From contig QCIL01000004.1 of assembly GCA_003216725.1 (NCBI GenBank), forward strand, positions 26,392 through 90,391: a stretch of 64,000 nt of DNA, written 5' to 3'. Origin of the DNA: Prochlorococcus sp. AG-402-L18 (GTDB lineage Bacteria > Cyanobacteriota > Cyanobacteriia > PCC-6307 > Cyanobiaceae). The notes under the pieces were generated by a model. It saw only the letters and a program-made list of their open reading frames with translations, was not told the origin of the DNA and ran no database searches. Below, piece by piece: positions 9,546 through 19,890 of this stretch (position 1 is its first letter; each line of letters opens with the position of its first letter). Made by a program: the position numbers and the translations under genes.

Positions 9546-9571
9546 GTAGCGATTGCTACAAAACAATTATA
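9546..9571 (-). promoter_or_regulatory. -10 box (TATAAT, 9566-9571) with NtcA site GTA-N8-TAC (9546-9559) overlapping the predicted start site
   Basis: GTAGCGATTGCTAC is a perfect GTA-N8-TAC palindrome a few nt downstream of TATAAT, which is repressor geometry. Confidence 0.8.
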
Positions 9572-9719
9572 AACCTATTTTTCTAGGTATGTCTAGCTTT
9601 TACAAATAGAAACGAAGATTTAATGTTTTTTTAATTATTATCTTAAGTAAATTTTTTTATAAATAGTCTCTAAAAAGGATTATGTTTATATTTGGTTTAA
9701 TATACATGTAACTATTTTT

Positions 9720-9977
9720 ATGACAGGTTTTTTATATTTCTTGGGAAATACTTTAAGGTGGCCAGTCCTAAAGCCAAGAGAATTTTTTTCCCTACATGCG
9801 TATTTTTCAATTATTTATTTGATAACTTTTACTTTGAGTAAATATGATGTATGCCAATCAAATTTAGTTTTTACTCTAGGAATTCTTGCACCACTTTTAA
9901 TCGCTATTGGGCAAGGACTTCCAATTGATTGCCTTGATATGGAATCATCTTTGTTAAAGGAATTAAAAACTAAGTAG
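9720..9977 (+). CDS. Conserved hypothetical small membrane protein
   Basis: 85-aa ORF with ATG start and two hydrophobic segments; fills the gap before nfuA. Confidence 0.65.
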   Translation: MTGFLYFLGNTLRWPVLKPREFFSLHAYFSIIYLITFTLSKYDVCQSNLVFTLGILAPLLIAIGQGLPIDCLDMESSLLKELKTK

Positions 9978-9995
9978 TATATTTTCAGTAAATTT

Positions 9996-10241
9996 TTATA
10001 AAACCTGGACAACTTCGCTTATTTCAGGAATCATTTCTTTTAACTTTCTTTCAATACCCATTTTTAAAGTCATAGTACTACTTGGACAACTACCACATGC
10101 CCCTTGAAGTCTGACTTTGACAATTGGACCATCTATTTCTGCGATCTCTACATTACCTCCATCAGATATTAAAAAAGGTCTTAGCTCGTCAAGGACTTTT
10201 TCTACATTTTCGTTTGTCAGCGAGAGTGTTTCAGTACTCAT
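9996..10241 (-). CDS. nfuA: NifU-like Fe-S scaffold protein (NfuA)
   Basis: [13 protein letters not shown]...[20 protein letters not shown] NifU C-terminal domain. Confidence 0.93.
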   Translation of the reverse strand: MSTETLSLTNENVEKVLDELRPFLISDGGNVEIAEIDGPIVKVRLQGACGSCPSSTMTLKMGIERKLKEMIPEISEVVQVL

Positions 10242-10311
10242 AATTTTGGTTTAACTTTATAATAAGCCTAGAAAGAAATTTGATTAATTGCAAAAAAGAT
10301 AATTTTCTGTT

Positions 10312-11808
10312 GTGACTTCATTTCAAAATCCCACTAATGACAGTAGCTACTTCGATGCAGTCTTAGTAGGCGCAGGGATAATGAGCAGTACTTTAGCCCT
10401 TCTAATTTCAGAAGTTTTACCTGATATAAAGTTACTTATTATAGAAAAATTAAATGCTCCAGGAAGTGAAAGTACTGGCGCTTTTAATAACGCAGGAACA
10501 GGACATGCTGCTAATTGCGAATTAAACTATACCCCTTTAGATGAAAAAGGAAATATAAAAATAGATAAAGCGCTCTCAATAAATCGTTCTTTTGAAAGAT
10601 CTATGTCTTTATGGGCCTCATTGTATGAAGGAGGGAAAATTGATGTTAAAAAGTTTTTAAAATTTGTTCCTCATATTAGCTTTGTTTCTGGTCAGGATAA
10701 TATTTCTTTTTTAAAAAAAAGATTTCAGAAAATGACCGAAAATCCTGAATTTATTGATATGGAATTTTCTACATCTTTTGATGAAATTTCATCATGGGCT
10801 CCTCTAATAACAAAAGATAGGAAACCATTTACTAAAATTGCTGCTACCAGAATAGGTAGAGGTACAGATATTAATTTTGAGGCTCTTACAAAAGAGTATT
10901 TGTCATTAGTTTCTTTAAATAAAAATGTTGAAATTAGATACAAAACAGAATTATTAGATTTAAAGAAAATTGATAAAAAAAATTGGGAACTTGAAATTAG
11001 TTCAGAAGGTAGAAAAACCTCAATTAGAACTGGCTATGTTTTTCTTGGTGCTGGTGGAAAAACAATCAATTATTTGCAAAAATCGAAAATTCCAGAAGCA
11101 AAGAGTTATGGTGGATTTCCTGTTAGTGGGAAATGGCTTATTTGTGAGAAAAAAGATCTAACAGAAAAACACAACTCAAAAGTTTATGGTAAGGCTGAAA
11201 TTGGATCGCCTCCAATGTCTGTACCTCATTTGGATACCAGATGGATTGATAATAAAAAACTTCTTTTATATGGACCTTTTGCCGGATTTACAACAAAATT
11301 TCTAAAGGAAAGTTCATACTTCGACTTATTTAGTTCAATTAAAAAGAATAATATTTTTTCTATGTTAGACGTTGGTTTCAAAAACAACGATTTAATTAAT
11401 TACCTAATATCACAAACATTAAAAAACCATAACTCAAGAGTTGAGAATTTAAAGAATATGATGCCTTCAGCTAATCCCTCTGATTGGTATTTAAAGAATG
11501 CTGGTCAAAGAGTCCAAATAATTAAAAAAACTGAAGGTGGTGGTACTTTGAAATTTGGAACCGAGATTGTAAATTCATCTGATGGATCTTTATCTGCTTT
11601 GCTAGGAGCTTCTCCGGGAGCAAGTACTGCAGTTTCAATAATGATTGAGGTTCTAGAAAAATCTGTTTTATTTTTAAACGATAAGCAAAATCTTCAGAAA
11701 AAAATAAATGACTTAATTAATCCAGAACTATCAGCATCTGAAAATTACAGTACCTTCATAAAAGACATAAAAAAAAGAAATAATTCCATTTTTGGTTTCC
11801 ATCCATAA
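10312..11808 (+). CDS. mqo: Malate:quinone oxidoreductase
   Basis: [45 protein letters not shown] and [10 protein letters not shown] motifs. Confidence 0.96.
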   Translation: MTSFQNPTNDSSYFDAVLVGAGIMSSTLALLISEVLPDIKLLIIEKLNAPGSESTGAFNNAGTGHAANCELNYTPLDEKGNIKIDKALSINRSFERSMSLWASLYEGGKIDVKKFLKFVPHISFVSGQDNISFLKKRFQKMTENPEFIDMEFSTSFDEISSWAPLITKDRKPFTKIAATRIGRGTDINFEALTKEYLSLVSLNKNVEIRYKTELLDLKKIDKKNWELEISSEGRKTSIRTGYVFLGAGGKTINYLQKSKIPEAKSYGGFPVSGKWLICEKKDLTEKHNSKVYGKAEIGSPPMSVPHLDTRWIDNKKLLLYGPFAGFTTKFLKESSYFDLFSSIKKNNIFSMLDVGFKNNDLINYLISQTLKNHNSRVENLKNMMPSANPSDWYLKNAGQRVQIIKKTEGGGTLKFGTEIVNSSDGSLSALLGASPGASTAVSIMIEVLEKSVLFLNDKQNLQKKINDLINPELSASENYSTFIKDIKKRNNSIFGFHP

Positions 11809-11863
11809 TTCTAATCAGCTAGTATAAATCAAGATGTAATAAGAGGAGAATTTTGCTTTCTAA

Positions 11864-13672
11864 ATGACTGATATATCGGTTTCAAAAATTAGAAATTTCT
11901 GCATAATCGCTCATATTGACCATGGTAAATCTACCCTTGCAGATAGGTTGCTCCAAGATACTGGCACTGTGCAGCAAAGGGATATGCAAGAACAATTTTT
12001 GGACACTATGGATCTTGAAAGAGAGAGAGGAATTACTATCAAGTTACAGGCCGCAAGGATGAAATATAAAGCTGACGATTCTCAAGAATATGTTTTGAAC
12101 TTAATAGATACCCCTGGGCATGTTGATTTCTCTTATGAGGTTAGTAGATCTCTTCAAGCTTGTGAAGGCGCTTTACTCGTAGTTGATGCAAGTCAAGGTG
12201 TAGAAGCTCAAACTTTAGCTAATGTTTATCTTGCCTTAGAAAATAATCTTGAAATAATTCCTGTTTTAAATAAAGTTGATTTACCAGGTGCTGATGCTGA
12301 AAAAATAAAACAAGAAATAGAGGAAATTATTGGACTTGATACATCTAATGCAATAAATTGTTCGGCAAAAACTGGAGTTGGTATTAAAGATATTTTGGAA
12401 GCAATCGTAAGAAGAGTACCTCCTCCTCAAGATGAAATTAAACTACCTACAAAGGCACTTATTTTTGATTCTTATTATGATCCGTACAGAGGAGTTATTG
12501 TTTATTTTAGGGTGATATCTGGGTCTCTAAATAAAAGAGAAAAGATATTATTAATGGCGAGTAAAAAAAATTATGAGCTAGATGAGATAGGAATAATGGC
12601 CCCTGATCAGCAGCAAGTAGATGAATTGCATGCAGGAGAAGTTGGTTATTTAGCTGCTTCTATAAAATCAGTTGCTGATGCGAGAGTGGGAGATACGATT
12701 ACTCTTTTAAATTCACCTGCAAATGATCCTTTGCCAGGTTATAAGACAGCAAATCCTATGGTTTTTTGTGGCTTATTCCCAACTGATGCTGATCAATTCC
12801 CAGATTTAAGAGTATCTCTTGAAAAATTACAATTATCTGATGCAGCTTTAAAATATGAGCCCGAAACCAGTAGCGCAATGGGCTTCGGATTTAGGTGCGG
12901 ATTCCTAGGACTTCTTCATATGGAGATTGTTCAAGAAAGATTAGAAAGAGAATATGACTTGGATCTAATCGTAACGGCACCATCAGTTATCTACAAGGTT
13001 AATTTAAATCAGCATGAACATATCTTTATTGATAATCCTTCTACAATTCCTGATCCACAACTTAGAGAATCAATAGAAGAGCCTTACGTGAAAATGGAAA
13101 TTTATGCTCCAAATGAATTTAATGGAACATTAATGGGTTTATGTCAGGAAAGAAGGGGAGTATTTATAGATATGAAATATATAACAACAGATCGAGTTAC
13201 TTTGATTTATGAAATTCCATTAGCAGAAGTAGTTACAGATTTTTTTGATCAAATGAAAAGTAGAACTCAAGGTTATGCATCAATGGAATATCATTTGATT
13301 GGCTATAGAAAGAATGACCTTGTTAGATTAGATGTTCTAATAAATTCAGAAAGAGCAGATCCATTAACTTCTATTGTTCATAAAGATAAGGCTTATGGAA
13401 TTGGCAGAAGTTTAGTTGAGAAATTAAAAGAACTTATTCCTAAACAACAATTTAAAATACCTATTCAAGCATCAATAGGTAGCAGGATTATTGCAAGTGA
13501 AAGTATAAGTGCTTTGCGAAAAGACGTTTTATCTAAATGTTATGGAGGAGATATTTCTAGGAAAAAGAAACTTTTAAAGAAACAAGCAAAAGGTAAAAAG
13601 AGGATGAAGGCAATGGGTAAAGTTGAAGTCCCTCAAGAAGCTTTTATGGCAGTCTTAAAATTAAACCAGTAA
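11864..13672 (+). CDS. lepA: Elongation factor 4 (LepA)
   Basis: [32 protein letters not shown] and [14 protein letters not shown]. Confidence 0.99.
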   Translation: MTDISVSKIRNFCIIAHIDHGKSTLADRLLQDTGTVQQRDMQEQFLDTMDLERERGITIKLQAARMKYKADDSQEYVLNLIDTPGHVDFSYEVSRSLQACEGALLVVDASQGVEAQTLANVYLALENNLEIIPVLNKVDLPGADAEKIKQEIEEIIGLDTSNAINCSAKTGVGIKDILEAIVRRVPPPQDEIKLPTKALIFDSYYDPYRGVIVYFRVISGSLNKREKILLMASKKNYELDEIGIMAPDQQQVDELHAGEVGYLAASIKSVADARVGDTITLLNSPANDPLPGYKTANPMVFCGLFPTDADQFPDLRVSLEKLQLSDAALKYEPETSSAMGFGFRCGFLGLLHMEIVQERLEREYDLDLIVTAPSVIYKVNLNQHEHIFIDNPSTIPDPQLRESIEEPYVKMEIYAPNEFNGTLMGLCQERRGVFIDMKYITTDRVTLIYEIPLAEVVTDFFDQMKSRTQGYASMEYHLIGYRKNDLVRLDVLINSERADPLTSIVHKDKAYGIGRSLVEKLKELIPKQQFKIPIQASIGSRIIASESISALRKDVLSKCYGGDISRKKKLLKKQAKGKKRMKAMGKVEVPQEAFMAVLKLNQ

Positions 13673-13750
13673 TTTTATTCAAATGAAAAATTAAAAGCTA
13701 TTTTTTATAGAATTAGGTATATTTCAATTGATTCCATTTATATAAATATT

Positions 13751-14584
13751 TTGAATATAAAATTATCTGATCGAGTTAGTCAAAATATAAGAAAGACTGG
13801 GGTTTTAATTGTGCTCTTTTATTTTCTCGTGGTTTTAATTATGAAATTTTTAGAAATTAACAATTTTTTTGGCTTTTCATTCTCAAATTTGAGTACTGAT
13901 ATTTTTGCTCCCCCCTCACTCAAACACTTTTGCGGGACAGATAGATTAGGAAGAGATGTTTGTTTTAGGACTTTGCAAGCATCATCCTTAGCAATAGAAG
14001 TAGTATTAATTTCTATTATTTTTGCATTAAGTATAGGTTTGCCATTAGGATTATTAAGTGGATATTTGGGTGGGATCTTTGATAAATGCTTTTCATTAAT
14101 AATGGATACGATTTTCTCGATACCTGTAATCTTACTTTCAGTAGTTGTTGCTTTTGTATTGGGTAGGGGTATTTTAAACGCAGCATTTGCTTTATGTATT
14201 GTTTATTCTCCCCAATATTTTAGATTAATTAGAAATCAGACAATATTAGTTAAATCTGAAACTTATGTCGAGGCAGCAATAGTTTCTGGAGCGGATGTTA
14301 AAACAATTATTTTTAAATATATACTCCCTAACGTTATGTCACCTTTACCCATCCTATTAACTTTAAATGCTGCTGATGCCATTTTAGTTTTAGGAAGTCT
14401 AGGCTTCTTGGGACTTGGAGTCCCTGCAGATGTCCCAGAGTGGGGGAGCGACCTAAATCTTGCGCTTGCAGCTCTACCAACTGGGGTTTGGTGGACTGCT
14501 CTTTTTCCAGGCTTAGCAATGTTTTTTTTGGTTTTAGGTCTTTCTTTTTTAGGTGAGGAACTTGAGATTATTTTTGAAAAATGA
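13751..14584 (+). CDS. dppC: ABC peptide transporter permease (DppC/OppC family)
   Basis: GTDRLGRD, EAA loop (YVEAAIVSGA) and LGFLGLGVP..PEWG. Start codon uncertain. Confidence 0.85.
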   Translation: MNIKLSDRVSQNIRKTGVLIVLFYFLVVLIMKFLEINNFFGFSFSNLSTDIFAPPSLKHFCGTDRLGRDVCFRTLQASSLAIEVVLISIIFALSIGLPLGLLSGYLGGIFDKCFSLIMDTIFSIPVILLSVVVAFVLGRGILNAAFALCIVYSPQYFRLIRNQTILVKSETYVEAAIVSGADVKTIIFKYILPNVMSPLPILLTLNAADAILVLGSLGFLGLGVPADVPEWGSDLNLALAALPTGVWWTALFPGLAMFFLVLGLSFLGEELEIIFEK

Positions 14585-14598
14585 AAAATTAAAAAATT

Positions 14599-15270
14599 TT
14601 AATTATTTGTAGTCTGATCAAATTCTCCTTCATCATTCAAAGTTGGATATTTTCTTCCAGATTTTTTATACATAGAAGCTAATTCTGGATAACTCCATTC
14701 GAATAAGGTTTTCTGATATTCATTTTGATTTAAACCTTCCCCTTTTAGCGGAAGTATACCTTTAATTTCTCTCTGTCTAATAGCTTCAAATAATAAAATA
14801 GAAGCCGCAACCGAAACATTTAAAGATTGAACCATTCCTCGCATAGGGATGAAAATCGAATGATCAACCATTGATAAAAGTTCATTACTTAGTCCCCATT
14901 TTTCTGCTCCTAAAACAAAACAAGTATTTTCAGAATAATCAAAATTTCGATAATCGATTGATTTGCTGTTAAGAGTAGTCCCATATAATTTAAAATTCTT
15001 ATTTTTTAATTCAGATACGGCAGATAAAGTACTCTCAAAATTATTTAATTTGACCCATTTTTGACTTCCTTGAGCTGTACTATTGAAAGTTTTTACTGTA
15101 TTTGTTTCACTAATAAAGTTTGCTTCGAATACTCCTGCTGCATCACATGTCCTCAAAATAGCTGATAAATTATGAGGCTTATTTACATTTTCTACTAAAA
15201 CAGTTAAGTTTTCTATGCGACAATTTAAAACATTTTTAATCCTTTTAAATCTTCTAGGCAAAATGGACAT
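14599..15270 (-). CDS. trmH: tRNA (Gm18) methyltransferase, SpoU family
   Basis: KPHNLSAILRTCDAAG, LGAEKWG and IPMRGMVQSLNVSVA SPOUT motifs. Confidence 0.92.
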   Translation of the reverse strand: MSILPRRFKRIKNVLNCRIENLTVLVENVNKPHNLSAILRTCDAAGVFEANFISETNTVKTFNSTAQGSQKWVKLNNFESTLSAVSELKNKNFKLYGTTLNSKSIDYRNFDYSENTCFVLGAEKWGLSNELLSMVDHSIFIPMRGMVQSLNVSVAASILLFEAIRQREIKGILPLKGEGLNQNEYQKTLFEWSYPELASMYKKSGRKYPTLNDEGEFDQTTNN

Positions 15271-15431
15271 TTAAAAATGTTTAATACTATCTAAATTATA
15301 TGCATTTGAAAAAATATAATTCAGTTTTGGAATACCAGTGTTAAAAAATTAATTGAAAAATTAAGAAGCGGATTTTGGATTATTTATTTAATGCATTAGC
15401 TTATAATAATAATATAATTAAATTTGATTTA

Positions 15432-15635
15432 ATGGCTTACATAGAATGGGATTACACTGTTATAACAAGTATGGTGGAAAATCAAGGTTGGAATTTGCCA
15501 GATCAAAATTCTAAAGAATGGAAAAAATTTAATGACGAATTAGGAGAAAAAATGAGAGGAGTAGGTATTGTTTTTGAAAAATATTGTCAATTCACTCCAG
15601 ATATTGGTGAAGGTGTTCATCTATTGGATGAATAG
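15432..15635 (+). CDS. Hypothetical protein (about 67 aa), unrecognised
   Basis: ORF with ATG at 15432, coding-like composition relative to very AT-rich flanks, and a downstream hairpin. Confidence 0.55.
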   Translation: MAYIEWDYTVITSMVENQGWNLPDQNSKEWKKFNDELGEKMRGVGIVFEKYCQFTPDIGEGVHLLDE

Positions 15636-15651
15636 TTCATTTAAAAAATTA

Positions 15652-15683
15652 AAACCATTGATGTATCCCTTAATCAATGGTTT
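15652..15683 (+). terminator. Hairpin, probable terminator after the orphan ORF
   Basis: 11-bp inverted repeat AAACCATTGAT / ATCAATGGTTT with a 10-nt loop. Confidence 0.45.
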
Positions 15684-15835
15684 ATTAATATATAGAATAG
15701 GATAATTTTATTAATTTAGAATGCAAGATTCTTAAGGCTTTATAAAAATACTACTAAAATACATTTTGTTAGAAATAAATTTTTCCTTTATAAGCCACAA
15801 ATTAGTTGTATAAATTTTATATTTAAATAAACCAT

Positions 15836-16228
15836 ATGAAAACTAAATTAACTTTTTTGTACGATGGAGGATGCCCTTTATGTTTAAGGGAAACAAATTT
15901 CTTAAAAAATAGAGATATTGCAAATCAAATTTTATTTATAGATATCAATAATAAAGATTATAACCCTTTGTTTTTTAAAAACATATCATATTCAAAAGCC
16001 ATGTCAAATCTACATGGAATCTTAGAAAATGGTGAGTTAATTAAAGGATTAGATGTACTTGCATATTCATATGAATTGATTGGATTAGGTTGGGTTTATT
16101 ATCCTTTAAAAATTAAATTTTTATCTCCAGTTCTAAAGTTAGTTTATAAATATTGGGCAAAAAATAGACTTAAAATTACAGGTAGATCTAATATTGAAAA
16201 GCTTTGTAATTATGAATGTGACCTGTAA
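15836..16228 (+). CDS. DCC family thiol-disulfide oxidoreductase (DUF393)
   Basis: YDGGCPLC (DxxCxxC) N-terminus and C-terminal YKYWAKNR. Confidence 0.9.
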   Translation: MKTKLTFLYDGGCPLCLRETNFLKNRDIANQILFIDINNKDYNPLFFKNISYSKAMSNLHGILENGELIKGLDVLAYSYELIGLGWVYYPLKIKFLSPVLKLVYKYWAKNRLKITGRSNIEKLCNYECDL

Positions 16229-16230
16229 AT

Positions 16231-16467
16231 ATGAATAATATTGACATAGATAGAATTATTGAGATGTGTTGGGAGGATAGAACTCCTTTTGAAGCTATTG
16301 AGTATCAATTTGGATTAAAAGAGGAAGATGCTATTAAAATTATGCGTAAAAACCTAAAACCTAAATCATTCAAAGTTTGGAGAAAAAGGGTTTCTGGAAG
16401 AAATACTAAGCATATGGCGCTTCAAGATTCAACTAGATTCAAATCTAACCATAAGAGGAAATTGTAA
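16231..16467 (+). CDS. TIGR03643 / DUF2805 family protein
   Basis: DRIIEMCWEDRTPFEAI...MR..LK..SFKVWRKRVSGR.TKH signature. Confidence 0.9.
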   Translation: MNNIDIDRIIEMCWEDRTPFEAIEYQFGLKEEDAIKIMRKNLKPKSFKVWRKRVSGRNTKHMALQDSTRFKSNHKRKL

Positions 16468-16470
16468 ATT

Positions 16471-16602
16471 TTGAAAAACCTTTCAAATAAAATCTGTCCA
16501 ATTTGTAAAAGACCATTTGAATGGCGTAAAAAGTGGAAAAACTGTTGGGATGATGTCATTTATTGTTCTAATAGATGTAGAAATAAAAAGTCGCAAAAAT
16601 GA
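16471..16602 (+). CDS. DUF2256 family small Cys-rich protein (43 aa)
   Basis: Not in the ORF track. TTG start gives [43 protein letters not shown]; the stop overlaps the photolyase ATG (ATGA). Confidence 0.88.
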   Translation: MKNLSNKICPICKRPFEWRKKWKNCWDDVIYCSNRCRNKKSQK

Positions 16603-18086
16603 GACAAGTATCATTAATTTTCCCAAATCAACTTTTTAGAAATAGCCAATTATTAAAATTAAATTGCCAAATTTTAATTCTTGAGGATTCCTTATTTTTT
16701 GGAAACGATAGATTTAACAAATTAATCAATCATAAAAATAAATTAATTTTTCATAGGGCATCAATGATTGCCTATAAGCAATATTTAGAAAAATTAGGTT
16801 TTAAAGTTTTATACGTAGAAAATGAGAATGATATTTCTACATTTGATTATTTAACAAAATATCTGAAAGATAATTACCAAAAAATAAACCTCATAAATCC
16901 TCATGATTTTCTAATAATGAGGAGAATCAAAAAATTTATTAAAGTTAATAATCTTGAATTAAACGTTCTCCCTTCTCCAATGTTTATTACTAAGGCGAAT
17001 CTAAGAGAGCAATTTGAATTAAATACAAAAAAGCCCTTAATGGGAAGATTTTATGAGAATCAAAGGAAAAGTCTGAAGATATTAATAAAATCAGATGGTA
17101 AACCCGAAGGTGGTAAGTGGAGTTTTGATGAAATGAATAGAAAAAAATTACCAAAGAAAATTAATATACCTGATATTCCAAAGTTACTCAAAAATGATTT
17201 CGTATTAAAGGCTGAAAAATCACTAGCTAAGATGGATATTAAGTTTATATGTGAAAGTAAATTTTTTTTATATCCAACTAATTTTGAGGAATCAGATAAA
17301 TGGTTAGATGATTTTTTCGAATATAGATTTTTCTTATTTGGTGATTATGAGGATGCTATTTGTAAAGAAAATACTTTTTTATGGCACAGCCTACTTTCTC
17401 CTCTTTTAAATAGTGGCTTATTAACGCCTGAAGAGATAGTAAAAAAAGCCTTGGTTTACGCAAATAAAAATAAAGTTCCAATTAACTCTTTAGAGGGCTT
17501 CATACGTCAAATTATTGGATGGAGAGAATTTATTTGTCTTGTTTATGAAAAATATGGGACAAAAATGCGTAATAGTAATTTTTGGAACTTTGAAGACAAG
17601 CCTATTCCAGATTGCTTTTATAGTGGTAATACAGGAATTGAACCGGTAGATATAGTTATAAAAAATATAATTAAATTTGGTTATTGTCACCATATTGAAA
17701 GGCTAATGATAATTGGTAATTTTATGCTTTTATGCCGAATTCATCCAAATAAAGTTTATAAATGGTTTATGGAAATGTTCATAGATTCATATGATTGGGT
17801 AATGGTCCCAAATGTTTATGGCATGAGTCAATTTAGTGATGGAGGTATTTTTTCAACGAAACCATATATATCTAGTTCAAACTATGTAAAAAAAATGTCT
17901 AATTTTAAAAGTGGGGATTGGTGCACCATATGGGATGGTTTATTTTGGAAATTTATAAAGGATAATGAAATTTATTTTAGAAAACAATATAGATTATCTA
18001 TGTTGACAAGAAATCTTGATAAAATGTCAGATGAAAAATTAACCAAGCATTTAAAAATAGCTGAAAATTATTTAAAAAATCTCTAA
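16599..18086 (+). CDS. Cryptochrome/photolyase family protein, bacterial (6-4) photolyase (PhrB/CryB class)
   Basis: [62 protein letters not shown] and TKPYISS motifs. Confidence 0.9.
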   Translation: MRQVSLIFPNQLFRNSQLLKLNCQILILEDSLFFGNDRFNKLINHKNKLIFHRASMIAYKQYLEKLGFKVLYVENENDISTFDYLTKYLKDNYQKINLINPHDFLIMRRIKKFIKVNNLELNVLPSPMFITKANLREQFELNTKKPLMGRFYENQRKSLKILIKSDGKPEGGKWSFDEMNRKKLPKKINIPDIPKLLKNDFVLKAEKSLAKMDIKFICESKFFLYPTNFEESDKWLDDFFEYRFFLFGDYEDAICKENTFLWHSLLSPLLNSGLLTPEEIVKKALVYANKNKVPINSLEGFIRQIIGWREFICLVYEKYGTKMRNSNFWNFEDKPIPDCFYSGNTGIEPVDIVIKNIIKFGYCHHIERLMIIGNFMLLCRIHPNKVYKWFMEMFIDSYDWVMVPNVYGMSQFSDGGIFSTKPYISSSNYVKKMSNFKSGDWCTIWDGLFWKFIKDNEIYFRKQYRLSMLTRNLDKMSDEKLTKHLKIAENYLKNL

Positions 18087-18174
18087 TTAAATTAAAATTG
18101 AAAAATTAAGAGAACATTATAATATTACGAAATATTACAGATAGGTGTTAATTTAAAGTAGTTTAAAATTTTGT

Positions 18175-18354
18175 ATGACTATCGGTTCTCTTTTTTTGAA
18201 AACTAATTTAACAGGAATTATTACCTTCTCAGAATTGAATTGGATAACAAATCATCAATTAAATTTTACAAGATTGGAAGAATCAATTGCACTTAAAATA
18301 GGAAGAATGATTGATTCAGGTTCTATAAACATTGGTTGCAGATTAAAAGCTTAA
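18175..18354 (+). CDS. Conserved hypothetical small protein (59 aa)
   Basis: Not in the ORF track. MTIGSLFLKTNLTGIITFSELNWITNHQLNFTRLEESIALKIGRMIDSGSINIGCRLKA resembles a recalled picocyanobacterial small-protein family. Confidence 0.75.
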   Translation: MTIGSLFLKTNLTGIITFSELNWITNHQLNFTRLEESIALKIGRMIDSGSINIGCRLKA

Positions 18355-18374
18355 TTAAATACTTTAATAAAATA

Positions 18375-18518
18375 ATGAAAGACAAAGAAGAAAAAAGATT
18401 ATTTTCTAGGGAAAGAATTCATTCACTTAATATCTTTCTATTTTTAGGATTTAATTTAACCCTTATATCTATACTTGGTTTTGTTTGGTTAAACTCATCA
18501 ACCAATAATATTGTCTAA
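18375..18518 (+). CDS. Hypothetical single-TM peptide (47 aa)
   Basis: ATG at 18375 is in frame with track ORF 18336; charged N-terminus followed by a hydrophobic helix. Confidence 0.5.
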   Translation: MKDKEEKRLFSRERIHSLNIFLFLGFNLTLISILGFVWLNSSTNNIV

Positions 18519-18564
18519 ATTTTTTGAATATATTTAAAATAATAAATAGGATTATATATCTATT

Positions 18565-19878
18565 TTGGTAATTGGATACCTACAAAGGAAAGCATCCTGG
18601 GAAATTCTTTTGAAAGTTAGTTCTGGTAGTTTTTCTGATCAAGCTCTCGAGAAGGTATTAAGAAATTATCAATTTAATTCTCTCGATATAGCTTTTATTA
18701 CTGAGTTATCTTTCGGATGTATAAGATATAGAAAATTTCTTGATCTTTGGATAGACCATATCGCAAAAATTGCTTATCAAAAACAACCTCCAAAACTGAG
18801 ATGGCTATTACATATAGGTTTATATCAGTTATTAAAAATGAATAAAATTCCATTTTCTGCCTCTATTTCGACAACGGTGGAGGTTGCCAAAAAAACTGAT
18901 TTAAAAGAGTTGGCAGGAACCGTAAATGCGATATTGCGAAATGCAGTTAGAAAAATAGAGCACAATAAGTACCCCAAAATACCCTCTGATAAAATTGAAA
19001 GAATTTCATATCTTGAGTCCTTGCCATTATGGCTTGTAAATCAGCTTGTTAAATGGTTTGGAATTAAAGAAGCCGAAAAAATTGCTAAAGCATTTAATAA
19101 AAAACCTTCTATTGATCTAAGAATTAATTCAACAAAAACCGACCTTGAAACTTTATTAAAGTTGCTTCATGAAAATAAAATTAAAGCTGAAAAAATTAAA
19201 GATTTAAAGAATGCAATCACCTTAAGTTCTAAAACAAGATCAATTAAAAACTTACCGGGTTATAATGAAGGATTTTGGACAGTTCAGGATAGATCATCTC
19301 AATGGGTAGCTCCCCTACTAAGTCCAAAAAAAGGAGAGAAAATATTAGATGCATGTGCTGCGCCAGGAAGTAAGTCAACTCACTTAGCGGAATTAACCAA
19401 TGATAGTGCTGAAATACTTGCAGTAGATAGATCAGAAAAAAGAATAAAAATACTTAAATCAAATTTAGATAGGTTGCATTTAAAAAACGTAAAAATACTT
19501 AATTTTGATGCGACGAATTTGTGTAATTTTAAACCTAATTTATTATCCTATTTTGATAAAATTTTGATAGATGCTCCTTGCTCTGGGATTGGTACTCTCT
19601 CAAGAAATCCTGATTCAAGATGGTCCCTGAATCAGGATAAGATAAATCAATTAATTGGATTGCAGGAAAAACTTTTAGAAAATATTTTACCTCTTTTAAA
19701 AGAAGATGGAATTTTAGTTTATTCAACTTGTACCATTTGCCCAGATGAAAATAATTTATTAATTAAAAGATTTTTAGAAAAAAATAAGAAAATACAATTA
19801 ATTAGCGAAAAACAAATTTTACCCAATTCGAACTATCCAGGAGATGGATTTTATGCCGCTGTAATTTCATATAAATAA
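18565..19878 (+). CDS. rsmB: 16S rRNA m5C967 methyltransferase (Sun/RsmB)
   Basis: NusB-like N-domain, VQDRSSQ, DACAAPGSKS, DAPCSG and YSTCT. Confidence 0.93.
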   Translation: MVIGYLQRKASWEILLKVSSGSFSDQALEKVLRNYQFNSLDIAFITELSFGCIRYRKFLDLWIDHIAKIAYQKQPPKLRWLLHIGLYQLLKMNKIPFSASISTTVEVAKKTDLKELAGTVNAILRNAVRKIEHNKYPKIPSDKIERISYLESLPLWLVNQLVKWFGIKEAEKIAKAFNKKPSIDLRINSTKTDLETLLKLLHENKIKAEKIKDLKNAITLSSKTRSIKNLPGYNEGFWTVQDRSSQWVAPLLSPKKGEKILDACAAPGSKSTHLAELTNDSAEILAVDRSEKRIKILKSNLDRLHLKNVKILNFDATNLCNFKPNLLSYFDKILIDAPCSGIGTLSRNPDSRWSLNQDKINQLIGLQEKLLENILPLLKEDGILVYSTCTICPDENNLLIKRFLEKNKKIQLISEKQILPNSNYPGDGFYAAVISYK

Positions 19879-19890
19879 AATAATATAAAC

